From a virus, in UHGV virus genome UHGV-0263856: a stretch of 20,499 nt of DNA, one strand, 5' to 3'. The notes below the pieces were generated by a model that saw only the letters and a program-made list of their open reading frames with translations, was not told the DNA's origin and did no database searches. Below are positions 7,295-15,194 of this stretch, piece by piece. A program made the position numbers and the translations under genes. Numbering within the stretch: position 1 is the stretch's first letter; every line of letters starts with the position of its first letter.

Positions 7295-8199
7295 GCGGCA
7301 ACACCTCCGATACGAGAACGGTAGCTGGGCCAGTTAAACGACAACCAGTTGCGCCCGCCATCGGTGATCCTGTCGGCAATCCGGGGACTGATGAACGCCC
7401 ACAATTCTTCCGGTGAAAGATTGCTGATCAAGATAGTTGGCAAAATACCCTCATACCGGGCATTGATAATTTCCTGCAAAATGGCCATTTCAGCCGCACT
7501 GCCAAACTGAACGCCGACTTCGTCGACAATCAGCAAATCCAGTGACGCATAATGCTCAATGACGTCATCCGCTGTTTTTTCACTGTCATTCCGCCAGCAG
7601 TTTTTCACAGCCCGGGTAAGGCGCATCACGTCGGTGATCTCCACACTGGCCAGATAGTTACGGATGATGTGTTTTGCCATTGATACCGCCAGATGATTTT
7701 TCCCGGTACCGCAACTGCCGGTCATAACAAGACTGGTACCGTTCTCCAGCATATCTGGCCAGTTCTCCGCATAGCGGCGACAGGCCGCAAGATTTCTGGC
7801 TGCGTCAGGATTAACCTCCAGATAATTATCAAACTCGCAGTCCCGAAAACGCAGAGCAATTCCGGCGTTATCAGTCAGTTCTTCCGCCTTGAGGGACGAC
7901 AGTTCCATGGTCAAATCACTGGCCTCAGCGATCAAGCAGTCAGGGCAGCATGAAATTTTTTCTCTGTCCTCGCCATTACGATCGATCCACACCAGTATAT
8001 GCGTACGATATTTACCGTGTTTTTCGCAATATCCGCGACCTTCACGCATCAGGCAGGAACGATAAGGCCATGGCTTTTCGCCCTTCTGAGCAAATGCAAT
8101 CTCTGCCCGTAACTCATCCATTTCTGCCCGTAACTCATCCATTCGCGCCTGTAGTCTTGTTTGTTTCTCACGTTGGTCAATCGTCATCATCGCTGTCAC
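7291..8199 (-). CDS. DnaC/IstB-like AAA+ helicase loader with Cys-rich N-terminus
   Basis: 302 aa. GSCGTGKNHLAVSMA (Walker A), LLIVDEVGVQ (Walker B), C-terminal WLSFNWPSYRS like DnaC. N-terminal Cys cluster CEKH...CCPDC. Contains the 21-bp tandem duplication at 8103-8144. Confidence 0.8.
   Translation of the reverse strand: MTAMMTIDQREKQTRLQARMDELRAEMDELRAEIAFAQKGEKPWPYRSCLMREGRGYCEKHGKYRTHILVWIDRNGEDREKISCCPDCLIAEASDLTMELSSLKAEELTDNAGIALRFRDCEFDNYLEVNPDAARNLAACRRYAENWPDMLENGTSLVMTGSCGTGKNHLAVSMAKHIIRNYLASVEITDVMRLTRAVKNCWRNDSEKTADDVIEHYASLDLLIVDEVGVQFGSAAEMAILQEIINARYEGILPTILISNLSPEELWAFISPRIADRITDGGRNWLSFNWPSYRSRIGGVAA
8103..8144. repeat. 21-bp tandem duplication inside the DnaC-like gene
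   Basis: ctgcccgtaactcatccattt / ctgcccgtaactcatccattc, 20 of 21 identical and in frame, encoding MDELRAE twice. Confidence 0.9.
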
Positions 8200-8200
8200 C

Positions 8201-9187
8201 TCAGAATGTCAATTTGTTACTGGATTTACCGAATTTGTCAGACATGGCTCCCAGGCCAGCCAGGACATCGACCTGTCGCTGTCGCCCACCTCCGTGAGCG
8301 GCTGGCTGTTGCCAGTAATCTTCGAAGTGACGATCGGGTCCAAAGAACGTCGCAGCCTGCTTCACGAACTGTGTGCCGGTATTTCCTGTAGCACGTACCC
8401 AGGCGGCATACCGCTTCACGCCATCAAGCATGGTCTCCGGTTTTATTCCCTCCCTGATACGGGCTTTCCAGGCTTTGAAGGCCGCTGACTTGGAATTGCC
8501 ACCAGCACGTTTGGGATATTCCTGCCAGGCCTGTTCAAATTCCGGTGAATATTCCTGTCGGGCAGAACGCGCAGACGCGTCAGCGGATGCATCAATAGTG
8601 TTTTTAGTCTCCGTTGTAATCTCTGTAGTAATCTCTGTATTTGTATCAACATTCGGCGTATCCCCTGTTCCGTTATGACGTCGGGGGGTGTTCCGTTTTA
8701 ACGTAATAGCTGTATCGCTGATTGCATTATTGCTGTTACTTTCTGGCGAAACAGAAGAAGGTGTGGTGATGACCGCAATTGCCTGTGGGTTGATCCCGAC
8801 AAACAAAATATTGCTGCATTTCACCCCATCGAGCATTTCCACCGTGCGTAAATCCAGAGTAATAAACCCTGCATCGCGCAGACGCTTCAGCGCATCTGCG
8901 GTTTCCCTTTTCCCGAAACCAAACTGCTCAGCAAACGCCTGGTAGCTTCTTTGCAGTTTGTCGCCCTGAAAACGCTTGCGATATCCCAGCAACGCTCCGG
9001 TGTGCTCATCCCTGACCTCTGTCGGGCGGTACCAGTAAACGATCTCTGAAAGCAGAGCGATAGCCGTCGCATCCGGACGCCCACTGGGTAGTCGAATATA
9101 TTTCCACCAGTTCGCAGGTGTAACATTGCCGGAAATATTAATTTGACCAATAGCCATAACTTCCGGTGTGGGGGCGTAACGGCTCAT
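8201..9187 (-). CDS. Replication initiator (lambda O-like role)
   Basis: 328 aa. Directly upstream of the DnaC/DnaB-like genes, with a mid-gene low-complexity linker (TEITTEITTE, DASADASARSA) that carries iteron-like repeats, as in lambda where ori lies inside O. Confidence 0.55.
   Translation of the reverse strand: MSRYAPTPEVMAIGQINISGNVTPANWWKYIRLPSGRPDATAIALLSEIVYWYRPTEVRDEHTGALLGYRKRFQGDKLQRSYQAFAEQFGFGKRETADALKRLRDAGFITLDLRTVEMLDGVKCSNILFVGINPQAIAVITTPSSVSPESNSNNAISDTAITLKRNTPRRHNGTGDTPNVDTNTEITTEITTETKNTIDASADASARSARQEYSPEFEQAWQEYPKRAGGNSKSAAFKAWKARIREGIKPETMLDGVKRYAAWVRATGNTGTQFVKQAATFFGPDRHFEDYWQQPAAHGGGRQRQVDVLAGLGAMSDKFGKSSNKLTF
8605..8652. repeat. Iteron-like 12-bp direct repeats (candidate ori) inside the initiator gene
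   Basis: tagtctccgttg / taatctctgtag / taatctctgtat / ttgtatcaacat: four adjacent 12-mers, the central two near-perfect. Confidence 0.45.
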
Positions 9188-9483
9188 ACAACCTCCTTCC
9201 GCGGCATGAGAATTGTGTAGCCACGCGCAGGTTGTAGTCTGGCTTTTGCATCAATAGTAAGCGTTGCAATTTTTCGGATATGAAGATAACCAGCTCTTTC
9301 CAGTGCCAGGGTTTCCCTGAATATCGCTTGCTTAGAACAACAGCAGAAATCAGCAAGCACCTGATGATCAATAACTCTCTCGCCTTCACCGTCTGAAGAA
9401 CCCGACATCAAAACACGCAACATAATTAGGCGCTGAATCGGGTTATCGAAAGCACATCCGCACACAAACTGAAAACAGTTCAC
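9184..9483 (-). CDS. Hypothetical HTH protein (cII-position)
   Basis: 99 aa. HQVLADFCCCSKQAIFRETLALERAGYL resembles an HTH. Start and stop each overlap neighbours by 4 nt. Confidence 0.4.
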   Translation of the reverse strand: MNCFQFVCGCAFDNPIQRLIMLRVLMSGSSDGEGERVIDHQVLADFCCCSKQAIFRETLALERAGYLHIRKIATLTIDAKARLQPARGYTILMPRKEVV

Positions 9484-9704
9484 GCCACACCTCCCAGACG
9501 CTTAAACATTTTTCCAGACAGAAATACCGCCAGAGGGTAACTGATGGTGTAGCTACGCCCCTGTAGTTCGCACACGACTTTCTGGCTTTCAGCGTTGACT
9601 AGGCAAACCCGCAGAACGTGACCGTTGCTGGTGGCGAACCACTGCCCCACACGGGGGCAACGGTTGTATCGGTGATACAGGGAATTAACGATGTGGCGGA
9701 TCAT
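9480..9704 (-). CDS. Hypothetical protein
   Basis: 74-aa ORF, translationally coupled (4-nt overlaps) on both sides. Confidence 0.4.
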   Translation of the reverse strand: MIRHIVNSLYHRYNRCPRVGQWFATSNGHVLRVCLVNAESQKVVCELQGRSYTISYPLAVFLSGKMFKRLGGVA

Positions 9705-9895
9705 GGACGCACCTCCACCGTAGTTACGTATTTAACCGGGCTACCTTTCATTGAGATGGTTTCACACATCTCTGCCGCTTTCAGTTCCGCTGTTTTTCTG
9801 GATTTATAGCGACGGTGCCAGACAGATACATCCGTGCGAACTGATACATCGTTTCTGTATTCCGTAGTGGAGATGATGATTTCGTAACTAATCAT
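9701..9895 (-). CDS. Hypothetical protein
   Basis: 64-aa ORF, translationally coupled on both sides. Confidence 0.4.
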   Translation of the reverse strand: MISYEIIISTTEYRNDVSVRTDVSVWHRRYKSRKTAELKAAEMCETISMKGSPVKYVTTVEVRP

Positions 9896-10443
9896 GGGCG
9901 AACCTCCTTGTCAGAACCATTCAGCCTGGAATCAACAAGTGCAGCGCCAAAAACAGCATCACCAACACGGTCGTACAGTTTGCTAGCCAGCGGAGATTCA
10001 ACGGCCTTAAGCATTGGATAAAGCTGGCTTGTCCAGATTTGATGGATTTCACGCAAATGCAGGTATACGCCTCTGGCGTTTCGTGCGACAGCTGACATAT
10101 CAGACGCATCGGCACCTGATAAACTCTTCTCCATCAGGTTAAAGGCGTTGATGTATGCCTCTTTGAACCGGGCTGCACGTTTGCCAGTAAAGCCCATAGC
10201 AAGGAACGCGAAGCCATCACGGGTGATTTGATAGCAAGGTAGTTTGCGGCCTGTGCAATCGGTGTAATCACTCACCGAAAAATTGCGGGCAGTGAATGAT
10301 GCGGAGCATTCAAGCGTGCGGATCTTTTTCAGTACATCGTCATGACGCTTGGAGAAGAAGTTGGCAACAGCCAGGGATGAAGTAACAGCCTGACCATCAA
10401 CGATGGCAATTTCAGGTTGAGTGAGGGTTGGGATCGTAGCCAT
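9892..10443 (-). CDS. Rha-family phage regulatory protein
   Basis: FSKRHDDVLKKI and DGFAFLAMGFTGKRAARFKEAYINAFN match the Rha domain as recalled. GGAGG 8 nt before the ATG at 10443. The ORF track extends in frame to 10743 but that N-terminal 100 aa is low-complexity with no SD. Confidence 0.6.
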   Translation of the reverse strand: MATIPTLTQPEIAIVDGQAVTSSLAVANFFSKRHDDVLKKIRTLECSASFTARNFSVSDYTDCTGRKLPCYQITRDGFAFLAMGFTGKRAARFKEAYINAFNLMEKSLSGADASDMSAVARNARGVYLHLREIHQIWTSQLYPMLKAVESPLASKLYDRVGDAVFGAALVDSRLNGSDKEVRP

Positions 10444-10828
10444 GATGGCAGCCTCCGTTGACTGTGGAAAACTTCCACCACCGGAGCTGCGAAACTCACT
10501 GGTGGCAGACTGAACAGGGTTCGCAGTACCGGCGTCAACGGAAACCGGCGAGCCTTTCGGCTCCCCTGCCCAGCCCACCATAATTCTGGCGTGCGTGAGC
10601 GCGGACGATAAAAAAGACGCTGGCGCGTCATATATCGCCGTTGACAATTCCGGGCTGCGACCCCCGGCACCCGCTTTATAAGGTGCAGAGACAGTGTAAC
10701 GTCCCGAAATTGCAGAATCAATATTTGGTCTTGAAATGATCATATAGCTGCTGATATCTTTAGAACTGTTCTTGGATGTTTCGGAGCCGTTTTATGCGAA
10801 ACAGCTCCCCGTTATTGATGTTGAGTGA

Positions 10829-10852
10829 GCCGGGTTACTCCCGGCTTTTTTT
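10829..10852 (+). terminator. Intrinsic terminator oriented opposite to the flanking genes
   Basis: + strand: GCCGGG / TTACT / CCCGGC followed by T7. It abuts the stop codon of the convergent - strand gene 10852-11559. Confidence 0.6.
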
Positions 10853-11559
10853 CACCGCTGCCAACCAATAACCTGAAATAACCCCATTTTCGGGTGATAC
10901 CAGCGAGTCCCTCGCGGTTCTGCTTCCTCCATAACCCGATAAAAAGCAGCCATAAACGGTTCCACAGCAACAATTGCGCGACGTGACAACAATCCGTCCG
11001 GCGTCATGAACTCATGGGTGTCTGTAGGAATCTGATAGGCGTTCACCAGATTGCGGCATTTATCATCTGACAAACCGGTTTTTGCTTTCAGTTGGCGATA
11101 TCCGGCATAGCCCTCACGAATAGTGCCCTTTTTAATTTGCTCGACTGTTTCAGCAACGTGGCTGACTTTTTCTTCCACCTGAGTGATCCGTTTCTGTTGG
11201 CGAACGGCTTCAAGAGCCATCGCGGCAACCATTTCGATTTCGCTCATTGGCTTACGGATCTGTTCTTCCAGTTCGCGCCAGCGATCTACCAGGCGAGCAG
11301 TGAATTCAGGACAGAGCTGTGCGACGACAATGATGCTGTCGCGCTTACCTTGTTCTCCTTCAAACAGGTAATGCTCATATTGAACTTTAAAACCTAAGTT
11401 ATTGATTCTTTCGGAAACCTCAATTTGAGGAGACCGGACAACGCCACCTTTGGCTAATGTTTCAATAGTGCGTTTCACATTGTCATGACGTTTACCCACC
11501 AGCTCTGCGATCTCAACGCTGGTCATGGATGCTTTGCCGTTAAAAATTGCGGTGTTCAT
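10852..11559 (-). CDS. Rha/antirepressor-like phage regulatory protein
   Basis: 235 aa. N-terminal SVEIAELVGKRHDNVKRTIETL (Rha-type motif). AGGAGA 6 nt before the ATG at 11559. Confidence 0.55.
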   Translation of the reverse strand: MNTAIFNGKASMTSVEIAELVGKRHDNVKRTIETLAKGGVVRSPQIEVSERINNLGFKVQYEHYLFEGEQGKRDSIIVVAQLCPEFTARLVDRWRELEEQIRKPMSEIEMVAAMALEAVRQQKRITQVEEKVSHVAETVEQIKKGTIREGYAGYRQLKAKTGLSDDKCRNLVNAYQIPTDTHEFMTPDGLLSRRAIVAVEPFMAAFYRVMEEAEPRGTRWYHPKMGLFQVIGWQR

Positions 11560-11783
11560 TGTTGGTCTCCTGTGGGCTTGTCATCTTCTGTATTCGCTAG
11601 ACTTGGGTGTGTATATGGAATGCTCGGATCCAGATGACAAAGAATGGCAACATCCTCCGGAACACCTCGCGTTTTCCACTTTCCAACACCTTGACTGCCA
11701 CGAGGCCTTCCTTTCTTTGGGAACCTGCGACCAATAGCGGCATTGGTTTTAAATTGAATTTTTAATATTTCATAAAGGGTCAT
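11556..11783 (-). CDS. Small basic ORF in the Cro position (no recognisable HTH)
   Basis: 75 aa, Arg/Lys/Gly/Pro-rich. Its stop overlaps the next ATG (ATGA). Weak SD; coding status uncertain. Confidence 0.3.
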   Translation of the reverse strand: MTLYEILKIQFKTNAAIGRRFPKKGRPRGSQGVGKWKTRGVPEDVAILCHLDPSIPYTHPSLANTEDDKPTGDQQ

Positions 11784-11894
11784 TCTTTAGTCTCACACCA
11801 GATACTTTGTTATCCAACGATGTTAACCACGGGAATCCAAAGTATCAAGAAATTCTGTTACTTTAGTATCAACAGCCATGAGAGGAGAAGAAAA
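11784..11894. promoter_or_regulatory. Divergent immunity control region (OR with PR/PRM candidates)
   Basis: Motif copies at 11803-11811 (reverse orientation), 11840-11848 and 11864-11872. Candidate - strand PR: -35 TTGATA (rc of 11843-11848), 17-nt spacer, -10 TAACAT (rc of 11820-11825). Candidate PRM -10 TAGTAT at 11864-11869. Confidence 0.5.
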
Positions 11895-12551
11895 ATGAAG
11901 TCTTTAGGTGAACGTCTCATCAACGCACGGCAAAAAGCTGGGTTAACACAAGATGCGTTGGCTAAAAAAGCTGGGATCACCAGAGTTGCAATCAGTAAAG
12001 CCGAGCAAGGCCTTACAAAAAGTTTCAACGGTGACACCCTTTTTAAAGTTGCAGCTGCACTGCGGTGTTCACCGCAGTGGCTTCAGAACGGAGATGAAAA
12101 AGATAAGCATTGGGAAAATAATGTTAAGAGCTGCCCACAGAGAGACACAGCACACTCTTACCCTGTAATTAACTGGGTTCAGGCAGGATTATTCGCAACT
12201 TCTGGTGATGACTACAACATGTATGATCAGGATAATTGGAGGCATTCTGTAAAATACGCTGGTGAGAGGGGGTTCTGGCTGGAAGTGCACGGAGACTCAA
12301 TGACTTCGCCCGTAGGAATAACATTTCCTGAAGGAATGTCGATCCTTGTCAACCCAGATAAAGAAGTTTTTTCAGGGTGTTACGTCATCGCCAGAAAAAA
12401 ATCGACCAATGAAGCAACATTCAAAAAATATATTTCTGACATGGGAAAGGCGTTTCTAAAGCCCCTTAATCCACAATATCCAATCATAGAAATGGACAAT
12501 GATTGCGAAATAGTAGGTGTTGTGGTTGATGCCAGGTGGGATATTTTCTGA
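11895..12551 (+). CDS. cI: CI-like prophage repressor (HTH plus S24 LexA-type peptidase domain)
   Basis: AGGAG 8 nt before the ATG at 11895. N-terminal LTQDALAKKAGITRVAISKAEQG (HTH), C-terminal WLEVHGDSMTSP...GCYVIARKK (Ser/Lys autocleavage dyad). Confidence 0.9.
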   Translation: MKSLGERLINARQKAGLTQDALAKKAGITRVAISKAEQGLTKSFNGDTLFKVAAALRCSPQWLQNGDEKDKHWENNVKSCPQRDTAHSYPVINWVQAGLFATSGDDYNMYDQDNWRHSVKYAGERGFWLEVHGDSMTSPVGITFPEGMSILVNPDKEVFSGCYVIARKKSTNEATFKKYISDMGKAFLKPLNPQYPIIEMDNDCEIVGVVVDARWDIF

Positions 12552-12654
12552 CCAGACACAAAACACAAAAAGAAACCAAAGTATCAAAAATCACTTGCCA
12601 CACCTTGATACCTTAGTTACCATAAAACAAAGTTCGTAACTGAGGTATCATCTC
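12552..12654. promoter_or_regulatory. OL/PL-like control region
   Basis: Motif copies at 12579-12587 (aagtatcaa), 12605-12612 (ttgatacc, reverse orientation) and 12643-12650 (ggtatcat). Candidate -35 TTGCCA at 12595-12600. Confidence 0.45.
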
Positions 12655-13155
12655 ATGATCAATAAAGCTACAACTCTTGACTGTCTCGAAGAACTGAAAA
12701 ACCTCGGCAGCCTCATTACACTAATAGCAAAAGCAACACCTGATGCTACGCTCTCTAGCGATATAGAGTCATGCGCAGGACTGGCATGGGATATGACAAA
12801 TAGCATATCCAGAAAGCTATCGTCAGCAATGCTTTTACAGAACAAAAATTCTGCAATCAACAACCGTCTTCGCACCCAACGCGAAGCCTGCGGCTTAACA
12901 ACCGCCGAACTCGCCAGGCTGCTCGATCTCGATGAAGAAATTATCATCCAGTGGGAGAGCGGAGAGTATGAACCAACTATCAGTATGCTTATCCCACTGG
13001 CAAATATTCTTGGCTGCGATCCGATGTGGCTGTTAACTGGTGAGGTTACTCCTCCGGAGCAACCAAAAAGTGAGGAGCAGCAACACCATGACGCATCTCA
13101 ACAAGTTTGCCCCTTATCTCGCGAAGCTCTTCTGCGGAAGAACCAATACCAATAG
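12655..13155 (+). CDS. HTH (XRE-type) protein, first gene of the early-left operon
   Basis: 166 aa. C-terminal half LRTQREACGLTTAELARLLDLDEEIIIQWESGEYEPTISMLIPLANILGCDPMWLL is a classic XRE HTH. N-terminal ~90 aa unassigned. Confidence 0.65.
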   Translation: MINKATTLDCLEELKNLGSLITLIAKATPDATLSSDIESCAGLAWDMTNSISRKLSSAMLLQNKNSAINNRLRTQREACGLTTAELARLLDLDEEIIIQWESGEYEPTISMLIPLANILGCDPMWLLTGEVTPPEQPKSEEQQHHDASQQVCPLSREALLRKNQYQ

Positions 13156-13286
13156 TGACATAATCGCCGCTTCGCCCTTCAAGGTACATGCGAACATTTT
13201 TATCAATCATTGCGGAAACAGTCTCAATATGAAAACACTTCTGAGACTCGCTATATAGCAGAACATATAAGTCAGCTGAGGAAGCC

Positions 13287-13652
13287 ATGAAAAAGTTCGA
13301 AAACATAACTGTTCTCCATGTTGATGACTTTGATTATACAAACCCGGAACTTCTCCCGGAGGTTGTAAAGGCAATAGATGTTGCCGATATAGTGATTAGA
13401 GAAAAGAGAATTGTCAAAAACAGGCTCGCATGCACTTCAGGAGCAATGACAGAAACAACCTCACAGCAAGATAATTACGAAGGCATTTGTCTGGAGCCTG
13501 ATTCATTTGCGGTAAATGTTTATCATTTATTGCATGCAACACAGGTATTACATATGTCCAGTAATCACGAAACGAAAACACTCGGCAGCGAAATTCTGAG
13601 TTTTGCATGTGAGTATACAAAAGCTGCTGCCGAAAAAGAATTAGCGCAATAA
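13287..13652 (+). CDS. Hypothetical protein
   Basis: 121 aa. GAGGAAG SD before the ATG. AT-rich. No motif recognised. Confidence 0.55.
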   Translation: MKKFENITVLHVDDFDYTNPELLPEVVKAIDVADIVIREKRIVKNRLACTSGAMTETTSQQDNYEGICLEPDSFAVNVYHLLHATQVLHMSSNHETKTLGSEILSFACEYTKAAAEKELAQ

Positions 13653-13730
13653 CAACAAATATGCCCTGAACGTTTATTGCGGTTTTATCGCCGGGGATTG
13701 TTACAACCTTAATCCACAGGAGGCTTTATT

Positions 13731-13844
13731 GTGACTTTTATAAAGAATATGGCATCACACAAGACCGCCTGCCTTATTGCACAATACGGTGAAAATTACA
13801 TGCATATTGCCTGCTTATTTCTGCGTAAAGCATACGGGAGATAA
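13731..13844 (+). CDS. Candidate small ORF (37 aa) upstream of 13847
   Basis: GGAGG 7 nt before the GTG at 13731 (in-frame ATG at 13749). Stop is 2 nt before the next ATG. Below the ORF-track length cutoff. Confidence 0.3.
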   Translation: MTFIKNMASHKTACLIAQYGENYMHIACLFLRKAYGR

Positions 13845-13846
13845 TA

Positions 13847-14041
13847 ATGCATCAGAAAACAGCAGAACACGAACAAACCAGAATATTGCTGACCATCAAA
13901 AACGGGAAAGTAATATTCATTCGCCATGTTCATGACGATGAACTTGTAGGAACTCTTTCAACATTCCTGTTTATTGCAGAAAGGGCAGGATATGACGTTA
14001 TTGCACCAGCAGATGAAGATGAAGATGAAGATGAGGAATAA
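13847..14041 (+). CDS. Small protein with poly-acidic C-terminal tail
   Basis: 64 aa ending APADEDEDEDEE. GGGAG SD. Confidence 0.5.
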   Translation: MHQKTAEHEQTRILLTIKNGKVIFIRHVHDDELVGTLSTFLFIAERAGYDVIAPADEDEDEDEE

Positions 14042-14046
14042 ATATC

Positions 14047-14628
14047 ATGCAATACGATGAATTCCAGGCTGAAGCAACAGCCAATGGTATACGAACTGGC
14101 AGTATGACGATTGATTATCACGACGCCATACGTCGTCTGGATGCCGGAGAATTCGATACTCCTAATGTGCGAGGTTTACGTATCCTTCAGTGTCTGGCGC
14201 AAGCCGACGAAGCAGGATTACTGGGTAAACTTCCGGTTGAGATGAAGGTTGCTCAGTGGCGATGGTTGTATGTGACGACATTCATCAACGAAGAAGAAGA
14301 CAAGAACGGCACAATTGATATCCTGAATGAACACGGAACAACTGAACACGCCGTGGTATATAACGGGATGTATGGGTTTATGACGATATATCCCGGCCCC
14401 ATTCGATTTGCCTTACAACAGTATATTGAATGGAATTTAATTCAAAAATACGGCGAAGCTGAAGGAATGGGAAGAGCGCTGTTTCTTTATCAGAAAATGC
14501 TCACTACTTCCCCTGATAAAGGTTTCATTCTTTCAGATATGGGTCGAGAAGGGCTTGAAATCCTTCTGGATGAAATTATTAACGAAATGAATACTCATGG
14601 CATGCAATCCGAAACAGATATTAAGTAA
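14047..14628 (+). CDS. Hypothetical protein
   Basis: 193 aa. GAGGA SD. No motif recognised. Confidence 0.6.
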   Translation: MQYDEFQAEATANGIRTGSMTIDYHDAIRRLDAGEFDTPNVRGLRILQCLAQADEAGLLGKLPVEMKVAQWRWLYVTTFINEEEDKNGTIDILNEHGTTEHAVVYNGMYGFMTIYPGPIRFALQQYIEWNLIQKYGEAEGMGRALFLYQKMLTTSPDKGFILSDMGREGLEILLDEIINEMNTHGMQSETDIK

Positions 14629-14638
14629 AAGGGACCAC

Positions 14639-14887
14639 ATGACCGTTATCGAGTATATCCAGGAAAATCCAGATTGCAGTAGAGAAGATATATCCCTCGC
14701 ACTTGGAAGAAGCGCAACTTCTATCAGTAATGAATTATCACGGTTATTGTGGAATGGGTTAATAGTACGAACTGGAGAAAAAAACAAAATGATTCTGTAC
14801 TGCGTAAACAATCTGCCGTTTGGATACAGCAATCCCCTAAGTGTTATGTTCAACCAGTTACTTAAACAGGTAAGAAATGGCAACTGA
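14639..14887 (+). CDS. Small winged-helix-like DNA-binding protein
   Basis: ATG at 14639 preceded by AAGGG. EDISLALGRSATSISNELSRLLWNGLIV looks HTH-like. The ORF track's alternative start 14597 overlaps the previous gene and lacks an SD. Confidence 0.5.
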   Translation: MTVIEYIQENPDCSREDISLALGRSATSISNELSRLLWNGLIVRTGEKNKMILYCVNNLPFGYSNPLSVMFNQLLKQVRNGN

Positions 14888-15194
14888 CTCACAACTAACC
14901 ATAGAAACGGCCCTGAATGTCGGCCTGGCGCTCCTTGGTTATTTTTACATCGTGTTCTGCAGCGGACGGTGGCTGTCGCTGTTGTTCCTGAAAAAATGGA
15001 ATAAACGCCGTAAGCAGGATGAACGCCAGAAGGCAATGAATGCGTTTTCCGAAGCCTTCGGAATTGACGGCATGGAACCAGGGGATCCAGCTCGCGCAAT
15101 CAGCAGAGGGGGTGTAGTAATCCTTGTATATCGGAGTGAAGAGAAAAATGACGATCACAAAACAACGAGTAGAAAAAATCATATATCGCCATGA
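14877..15194 (+). CDS. Small membrane protein (one TM helix)
   Basis: 105 aa with LNVGLALLGYFYIVFCSGRWLSLLFL. The 3' end overlaps the next ORF by about 47 nt, so the true extent is uncertain. Confidence 0.4.
   Translation: MATDSQLTIETALNVGLALLGYFYIVFCSGRWLSLLFLKKWNKRRKQDERQKAMNAFSEAFGIDGMEPGDPARAISRGGVVILVYRSEEKNDDHKTTSRKNHISP

Noticed and set aside
4392-8678. Assorted + strand ORFs inside the early-right genes (e.g. 4845-5117, 5578-6069, 6311-6868, 7950-8297, 8373-8678)
   Set aside because: All are antisense to long - strand genes with clear motifs (DnaB, DnaC, RusA) and lack start contexts. 7950-8297 merely reflects the 21-bp tandem repeat.
10444-10743. N-terminal 100-aa extension of the Rha gene (track start 10743)
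   Set aside because: Low-complexity Ser/Ala/Gly/Pro-rich translation with no SD at 10743, while a strong GGAGG precedes the internal ATG at 10443 where the Rha domain begins. An alternative frame is also open here, suggesting non-coding sequence.
13046-13306. - strand ORF 13046-13306
   Set aside because: Antisense, overlaps the 3' end of 12655-13155, has no SD, and its ATG is just the palindromic CATG of the + strand start at 13287.
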